Shown in pieces: positions 58,218 to 64,000 of a stretch of DNA of 64,000 bases. The notes beneath the pieces are model-generated. The model was not told the origin of the DNA. It saw nothing but the letters and a program-made list of their open reading frames with translations, and made no database searches. The translations under genes were made by a program, and so were the position numbers. Source of the DNA: Candidatus Australimonas brisbanensis. Its GTDB lineage: Bacteria > Chloroflexota > Dehalococcoidia > Lucifugimonadales > Australimonadaceae. The stretch's first letter is position 1, and the number at the start of each line of letters is the position of its first letter. The stretch lies in contig JAYQTA010000009.1 in assembly GCA_038147155.1 (NCBI GenBank), positions 18,283 to 82,282 of the forward strand, written 5' to 3'.

Positions 58218-59059
58218 CCTGTGCTCGGGGGCTCCGGCCTCAGGTCGGCCAGGGGCACCTCGACGGTGCGGGCGAACTCGCCCTCCCCGCGCCGATCCAG
58301 CGCCACCGAGACGCTCTCCCGCAGGGGGTGGCCCACCAGCACGCGGCCGGGGCCGTCGGCGGTGAGCACGCGCGCGCCGATCTTGGACAGTGCGCGGTTC
58401 GCCTCCCGGTACTGCTCGTACTCGAACCGCAGGCAGCACTTGAGGCGCCCACACTGGCCCGCCAGGCCCTCGGCGCTGATGGGGAGTGCCTGCTCCTTGG
58501 CCATCTTCACGGTGACCGGGTCGAAGCGGTTCATCCACCGCGCGCAGCAGATGACCCCGCCGCACCGGCCCAGCCCGCCCAGCACCTTGGCCTCATCCCG
58601 TGGGCCCAGGGAGCGCAGCTCCACGCGCACCGGCACCGCCTCGCGCAGCCGCTGGTAGACGGCGCGCAGGTCGGCCTGGCCCGTGGAGGTGAACTCGATG
58701 ACCGCGCGGCGCTCACCCAGCCCCATGCGGGCGCGGGAGAGCTTGATGGGCAGCCCCATGCCGCGCAGGGCGTCTTTGGCCTGCCCCAGCACCGCCTGTT
58801 CGCGCTCGGGCGCGTGCTCCCAGTGGGTGCGGTCGGCCTCGTTCGCCGCGCGCAGCACCGGCGCCAGGGCGGCCATGGCATCGCGATGCACCAGGGCGCA
58901 GGGCGGCCGGGTGACCACGCCCACGTCCGGCCCGTGGGACGATTCCACCACGGCCAGGTCTCCCTCGTGCAGGGTGAACTCTCCCGCGTCGAAGTAGACC
59001 GGCTTCTCGCCGGGGCGCAGGCGCACGGGGACGGCGCGGGGTGTGGACTGGAGTGCCAT
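58214..59059 (-). CDS. ricT: PSP1-domain protein RicT/YaaT
   Basis: LGPRDEAKVLGGLGRCG..CC, MAKEQ, GQCGRLKCCLRFE; follows holB. Confidence 0.9.
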   Translation of the reverse strand: MALQSTPRAVPVRLRPGEKPVYFDAGEFTLHEGDLAVVESSHGPDVGVVTRPPCALVHRDAMAALAPVLRAANEADRTHWEHAPEREQAVLGQAKDALRGMGLPIKLSRARMGLGERRAVIEFTSTGQADLRAVYQRLREAVPVRVELRSLGPRDEAKVLGGLGRCGGVICCARWMNRFDPVTVKMAKEQALPISAEGLAGQCGRLKCCLRFEYEQYREANRALSKIGARVLTADGPGRVLVGHPLRESVSVALDRRGEGEFARTVEVPLADLRPEPPSTG

Positions 59060-59129
59060 GAGGGCCAGCACAACCACCTGGGGAGGCTTGTTCCAGAGGC
59101 CGCCACGGCGGGTTGTGTTGCGAGGCGGG

Positions 59130-60192
59130 CTAGGCCGGCCGGGGGGCCCCGAGCATCAGCGCCTCCAGGGCCAGACGCGGGGTGGCGTTGCGCTCCAGCG
59201 CATCCAGGGTGCGTTCTGTGGCGCGCAGCCAGCCCGTCAGCGCCGCTGGGGCGATGCCGGAAGCCAGGCGACGCAGGGTGCCCGCCCAGGCGGTGTGGAG
59301 GATGCGCTCTTCCTGCCCGTGCTGGAGCAGCAGCGTCGCGCAGCCAGCGCGTCCACAGCGCCAGTTCATCGCGCCCTGCCGCGCGGTCGCGCTGGAAGCG
59401 CCGGGCCAACTCCTCGGCGTAGGCGAACCGTTCGGCCAGCCCCCCCTCGCACACGGCGGCGATGCGCTCCAGCCGCTGGTGCAGCCCCGCGGGCACCGAG
59501 GGGTCGTGCGCGGCGGTGATGGCCCAGCCGATGCACCCGCGTGAGAGGCGCGCTAGGGTGGCCGCCTGCTCGGGGGACTGACCGTGCTCCGCCTCCAGCA
59601 CCTGCGCCACCTCCGCCTCCGGCAGGGGGCGCAGGGCAATCTCCTGACAGCGGGAGCGGATCGTGGGGAGCACCCCGTCGGGGTTAGCGGTCACCAGCAC
59701 CAGCAGCACGCCGGGCGGCGGCTCCTCCAGCACCTTGAGCAGGGCGTTGGCGGCGGCCTCCTGCATCCGGTCGGCGGGGTCGATGACGTACACCCGCGAG
59801 CGCCCCTCGTAGGGCAGCAGGTGGGCGGAGGCGATGAGCTCACGCACCCGCTCGATGCCGATGACGGTGGTGGGGCCCTTCTCCGCTTCGGCGTCCACGG
59901 TGAGCGTCTGCACGTCAGTGCTCGCCCGCCGCGATGCGGGTGCAGGCGCGGCACGCCCCACAGGGCACGCTGGTGACGGGGGCCAGGGCAGGTTCGCCGA
60001 AGTCCATGGCCAGGGGCCTCGGCGGAGGCAACGACGGCGATGCAGTTCACCGCCTGCGCCAGCGCGGTGGCAAGAGGTCGCCTTGCCCACGTGGGCCGGG
60101 CCGGTGAGCAGGTAGGCGTGGGAGAGGCGCCCGGCGGCCAGCGCCCCCTCCAGCGCCCGCACGGCGCCCTCGTGCCCGTGCAGGGGGAACAC
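59130..60192 (-). CDS. holB: DNA polymerase III delta' subunit with at least four apparent frameshifts
   Basis: HAYLLTGPAHVGK, PCGACRAC (shifted frame), AANALLKVLEEPP, LPTIRSRCQ, NATPRLALE; indels near 60075, 60030-59970, 59920 and 59335. Confidence 0.88.
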
Positions 60193-60194
60193 GC

Positions 60195-61512
60195 TGAGAG
60201 CACGTCCTGGGCCATCAGGTCGGCGTAGGACTCGCGCCGGCGTATCAGCGTGGCCTTCCGTCGCGCACCAGCACCACGGCGGGGCGCCCGTTCAGGTTGT
60301 AGGTGGAGGCCCATGCTGGGGCGTACGCCCCGGAGGCGGGGATGGCGATGATGCTGCCCGCCTTCGCCGGGGGGATGTGCGCATCGCGAACCAGCACGTC
60401 GCCCGACTCGCAGTCTTGCCCGCGATGGTCACCGTCTGGGCGGGCTTGGCGGCGGCGTCATCGGCCACCAGCGCCACGTAGCGCGAGCCGTAGAGGGCAG
60501 GGCGGATGTTATCGCCCATGCCTCCGTCCACGGACACGTAGGTGCGCACGCCGGGCACGTCCTTGATGACGCCCACGGTGTAGAGGGTGACCCCGGCGGG
60601 GCCGGTGATGGACCGGCCCGGCTCGACGATGAGGGTGGGTTCTTCCAGCCCGTGGCGCGCGCACCCCTCGCGCAGCGCCCCCACGATGGCGTTCGCGTAG
60701 TCCGCCTTGGCGGGGGGCTCGTCGGAGTCGAGATAGGCGATGGCGAAGCCGCCGCCGGGGGAGAACTCCTGGAGGCGCAGCCCCTCCTCCCTCATCTCCG
60801 CGGCGAAGGCCAGCACCCGCGCCACGGCCTCGGTGTAGGGCTCCAGCTCGAAGATGGGCGAGCCCAGGTGGAAGTGCAGCCCGCGCACGTCCAGGTGGGG
60901 CGCGTCCAGCGCAAGGCGCACGGCCCTGGCGGCATCACCCGTCTCCAGGGGGAAGCCGAACTTGGAGTCCAGCGTGCCCGTGGTGGTCAGCCGGTGCGTG
61001 TGGGGGTCGATGGACGGGGAGATGCGCAGCAGCACCGGCTGGCGCACGCCAGCCTCGCCAGCGATCTCGTTGAGCAGGGTGAGCTCGTTGAATCCGTCCA
61101 CCACGATGCGCCCGATGCCCCAGGAGACGGCATCGCGCAGCTCCTGCGGGGTCTTGTTGTTGCCGTGGAAGTAGACCGACTCCAAGTCCACCCCCGCCGC
61201 GTGCAGCAGGGCCAGCTCACCGCCGGAGACCACATCGAACCCCACGCCCCAGGAGGCCAGCTTGCGGGCGAGGGCCACGTTGATGAACGCCTTGCAGGCG
61301 TAGGAGACCTGCGTTGCGGGGTAGACGGCCCGGAAGTCGCGCAGGTAGCCGGTGGCCTGCGCCTCCAGGGTCGCCTCGTCGAACACGTAGAGGGGCGTGC
61401 CGAACTCACCGGCCAGGGCCACGGTATCGCACCCGCCGATGCGCAGGTGTCCGGCCCCGTCCACCTCGGCGGTGATGGGGAAGACCTTGGCATGGGGGGC
61501 GGGGGTGCTCAC
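60195..61512 (-). CDS. lysA: Diaminopimelate decarboxylase (3' end frameshifted as sequenced; end approximate)
   Basis: FGTPLYVFDE, YACKAF, DVVSGGEL, HGNNK, HFHLGS, EPGRSI, DNIRPALY; C-terminal [Y]CESGD and YNLNGRP in a shifted frame after about 60414. Confidence 0.92.
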
Positions 61513-61616
61513 GGGGCGTGCTCCTCGGTGGGGATGATGGCTCAGGATAGCCCGGCCCACGCGTGCGGCGCCAGGGTCAGCGGGGCCAGTCCCCGCGCGC
61601 CACCCCCGGTGCTAGG

Positions 61617-62897
61617 ATGCGAACCACCGTGTCCAACCGAACCCCCACGCAACCGCCCGCTCCGGACGGCGAGGGCCAACCCGCCACCGCGCGCCCCTGG
61701 GCACCCCTGTTCAACCCCCACTTCCGGCTCCTGTGGGCCTCAGGGCTCGCCTCGGTCACCGCCGAGCAGGGGCGGCGCACCGTGGACCTGTGGCTCATCT
61801 ACCAGCTCTCCGGCGGCTCGGCCGTGCAGTTGGGGCTCATCGGCATCTTCCAGGCGGTGCCCCTGTTCACCACGGGCCTCCTCTCCGGCACCGTGGCTGA
61901 CCTGGTGGATCGCAAGAAGCTGCTGCTGATCGCCCAGGCGATGCGCGTGGCGATGCTGGCCGCGCTGGGAGCGGTGGTGCTCAGCGGGAATGCCCAGGTC
62001 TGGCACGTGTACGCGGCCACGCTGTTCAACGGCATCGCCCAGGTGGTGGAGCAGCCCGCCCGCACCTCGCTCATCCCCAACATGGTCCCACGCACCCAAC
62101 TGATGCACGCGCTGGGGCTCAACTCCGGCATGCGGCAGATGGGCATGCTCACCGGGCCGCCCCTGGCGGCCTGGCTCATCGGGCCCATCGGCATCGGTGG
62201 GGCGTACCTGGTCCAGTCGGGGCTGTACGTGGTGAGCATGGCGGTGATGCTGGGGCTGCCTTCCTGGGGCGCATCCGGGGCAGGTGGCCTGCGCTCGCTG
62301 CGCCTGTCCACGGTGCTGGAGGGGCTCCGGTTCATGTTCTCCAACCGGTTCCTGGCCGCCGTGGTGAGCCTGGATGCCGCGGTGGTGCTATTCACCTCCT
62401 GGCGGGTGCTGGCGCCCATCGTGGCGGCTGACGTGCTGGGGGGCGATGAACGCACCCTCGGGTTGCTGATGGCCTCCCAGGCCGCCGGGCGTCTGGTGGG
62501 CACCGGGTCGGTGATGGTCACCTCGGTGCGCCGCCAGGGGCTGGTGGTGCTGGGGGTGAGCATGGGCTACGCCGCCTCCTTCGCCGCCCTGGGGCTGGTG
62601 CAGGTGAGCGTTGTGGCCATGGGGGTGATGCTGCTGATCGGCGCCACGGACGGGGCGGGCTCCATCGTGCGCAACACCGTGGTGCAGCTGGCCGTGCCCG
62701 ATACGATCCGCGGGCGGGTGACCGCCGTGAACCAGATATTCGCCCAGGGCTCACCGGCGCTGGGGCAGACGGTGACAGGCGCCATGGCCGCGGCGCTTGG
62801 CGCGGGCGGCGCGCTCCTGGCGGGCGGGGCCATCGCTGCCGCCGCCACCGTGGTTGTGGGGGTGTGGGTGCGTGAGGTGGTGCGCTTCCGGGTCTAG
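61617..62897 (+). CDS. MFS transporter (DHA3/enterobactin exporter-like)
   Basis: 12-TM pattern, VADLVDRKKLL, VPDTIRGRV; start may be GTG 61629. Confidence 0.9.
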   Translation: MRTTVSNRTPTQPPAPDGEGQPATARPWAPLFNPHFRLLWASGLASVTAEQGRRTVDLWLIYQLSGGSAVQLGLIGIFQAVPLFTTGLLSGTVADLVDRKKLLLIAQAMRVAMLAALGAVVLSGNAQVWHVYAATLFNGIAQVVEQPARTSLIPNMVPRTQLMHALGLNSGMRQMGMLTGPPLAAWLIGPIGIGGAYLVQSGLYVVSMAVMLGLPSWGASGAGGLRSLRLSTVLEGLRFMFSNRFLAAVVSLDAAVVLFTSWRVLAPIVAADVLGGDERTLGLLMASQAAGRLVGTGSVMVTSVRRQGLVVLGVSMGYAASFAALGLVQVSVVAMGVMLLIGATDGAGSIVRNTVVQLAVPDTIRGRVTAVNQIFAQGSPALGQTVTGAMAAALGAGGALLAGGAIAAAATVVVGVWVREVVRFRV

Positions 62898-64000
62898 GCG
62901 GGTGGGGGCGTGGGTGGGGCGCCGGGGCCCTCGCGCTTGTCAGGCTCACGGCCCTCGGGACGTTCCGCCTCGGTCTTCACCGGCGGCTTCTCCTGCGCGG
63001 TGCGGTTGTTGCGCTCGCGCCCAGCGATGCGGTCCGCCATCTCCTGGAGCGTCGCGGCCACCCTGCCGAAGATGGACTCCGGCGGGTAGTTGCCCTCGGC
63101 GTCGGGCTCGCCCGCCGGGACACCGGTGAGCAGCTCGATGCCCTCCTCGATGCGGGTGACGGCGTAGACGGCGAAGCGGCCTGATTCCACCGCCTCGGTC
63201 ACCTGGCGCGAGAGCACCAGGTTGTCCACGTTGGTGGCGGGTATCAGCACGCCCTGCTCTCCGGACAGGCCCTTGGCATCGCACACGGCGAAGAAGCCCT
63301 CCACCTTGCGCGTGGCCCCGCCGATCGCCTGCACCCGGCCCAGCTGGTCGATGGAGCCGGTCACGGCCAGGCCCTGGCGTATCGACACGCCGGAGAGGGC
63401 GGAGAGGAGCGCGTACAGCTCGGTGGAGGAGGCGGAGTCCCCGTCGATCTCCTCGTAGGTCTGCTCGAAGGCAACGCTGGCGCGTATCGGCAGGACGGCG
63501 TCCGCGCCGAACTTGCCCATCAGGTAGCCCATGAGGATGCCGAAGCCCTTGGTGTGGATGCGCCCGGACATCTGGCTGGCCTGCTCCACGGTGCCGAACT
63601 CGCCCCGCCCCGCCGAAACGCGTGCGGTGAGGCGCGAGGGGCGCGCGAAGGAGTAGTCGCCCATGTCGATGACGGCCAGGCCGTTGATCTGCCCCACCTC
63701 GGTCCCGGCTACGTCCACATGCAGCGTGCCGCGGTCGTAGAACTCCTGGAGGCGCTCCTCTACCAGGTTGGAGCGCTGCCTGCGCTCGGCGATGGCCTGC
63801 TCCACGTCCTCGCCGCTCACCCCATCACGCCCCGCACGCTTGGACCAGAAGGCGGCTTCGGTGATCAGGTCGGCCACGTCGGCGAAGCGCGCGGTGAGCC
63901 GCTTCTGATCCTCCACCAGGCGCGAGGAGTGCTCGATGATGCGGGCGACGGCCGTCGCCTCGAAGTGGGGCAGGCCCTCCTCCTGCACCCGGTTGACGAT
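62894..64000 (-). CDS. Lon-like (S16) ATP-dependent protease, C-terminal part (5' end beyond the window)
   Basis: VGQINGLAV, FEQTYEEIDGDSAS (catalytic Ser), QAIGGATRKVEGFF (Lys). Confidence 0.92.
   Translation of the reverse strand: MVNRVQEEGLPHFEATAVARIIEHSSRLVEDQKRLTARFADVADLITEAAFWSKRAGRDGVSGEDVEQAIAERRQRSNLVEERLQEFYDRGTLHVDVAGTEVGQINGLAVIDMGDYSFARPSRLTARVSAGRGEFGTVEQASQMSGRIHTKGFGILMGYLMGKFGADAVLPIRASVAFEQTYEEIDGDSASSTELYALLSALSGVSIRQGLAVTGSIDQLGRVQAIGGATRKVEGFFAVCDAKGLSGEQGVLIPATNVDNLVLSRQVTEAVESGRFAVYAVTRIEEGIELLTGVPAGEPDAEGNYPPESIFGRVAATLQEMADRIAGRERNNRTAQEKPPVKTEAERPEGREPDKREGPGAPPTPPPA

Overview
A high-GC (roughly 70% by eye) bacterial chromosomal window of mostly core and metabolic genes. 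The gene set (DUF2298/YYY GT-C protein, sortase, Rieske oxygenase, nuoN, no outer-membrane genes) best fits Chloroflexota, probably Dehalococcoidia; this is inference. Contents: nuoN (partial), eno, gap, a K+/stress operon (ktrB-ktrA-usp-trkA_N-trkA-pheA), cysM, a coxM/coxS-like pair, an Fe3+-type ABC pair, a one-polypeptide GAF-PAS-kinase-REC-wHTH regulator, a KefC-like antiporter, sortase, tRNA-Val(GAC), gyrA, rplU-rpmA-rpmE, pspC/liaF-like genes, recN, coaD/rsmD, greA-lysS-serS, groESL with CIRCE, a crotonase/acyl-CoA ligase cluster, a lone nuoA, speD-speE, holB, lysA, an MFS and a Lon-like protease (partial). Best signals: (1) an OsmC/Ohr-family gene missed by the ORF track, with TGA at the conserved catalytic Cys and a SECIS-like hairpin 19 nt downstream, i.e. 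a probable selenoprotein; (2) four in-frame TAG codons in three otherwise intact stress genes; (3) TAG ends about 48 of 63 genes, and 7 of 11 convergent pairs overlap exactly on CTAG; (4) a modular palindromic intergenic repeat in three copies with terminal inverted repeats; (5) many apparently leaderless promoters. Indels in essential genes (groEL, holB, lysA) suggest long-read consensus errors, so every interruption needs read-level checking.
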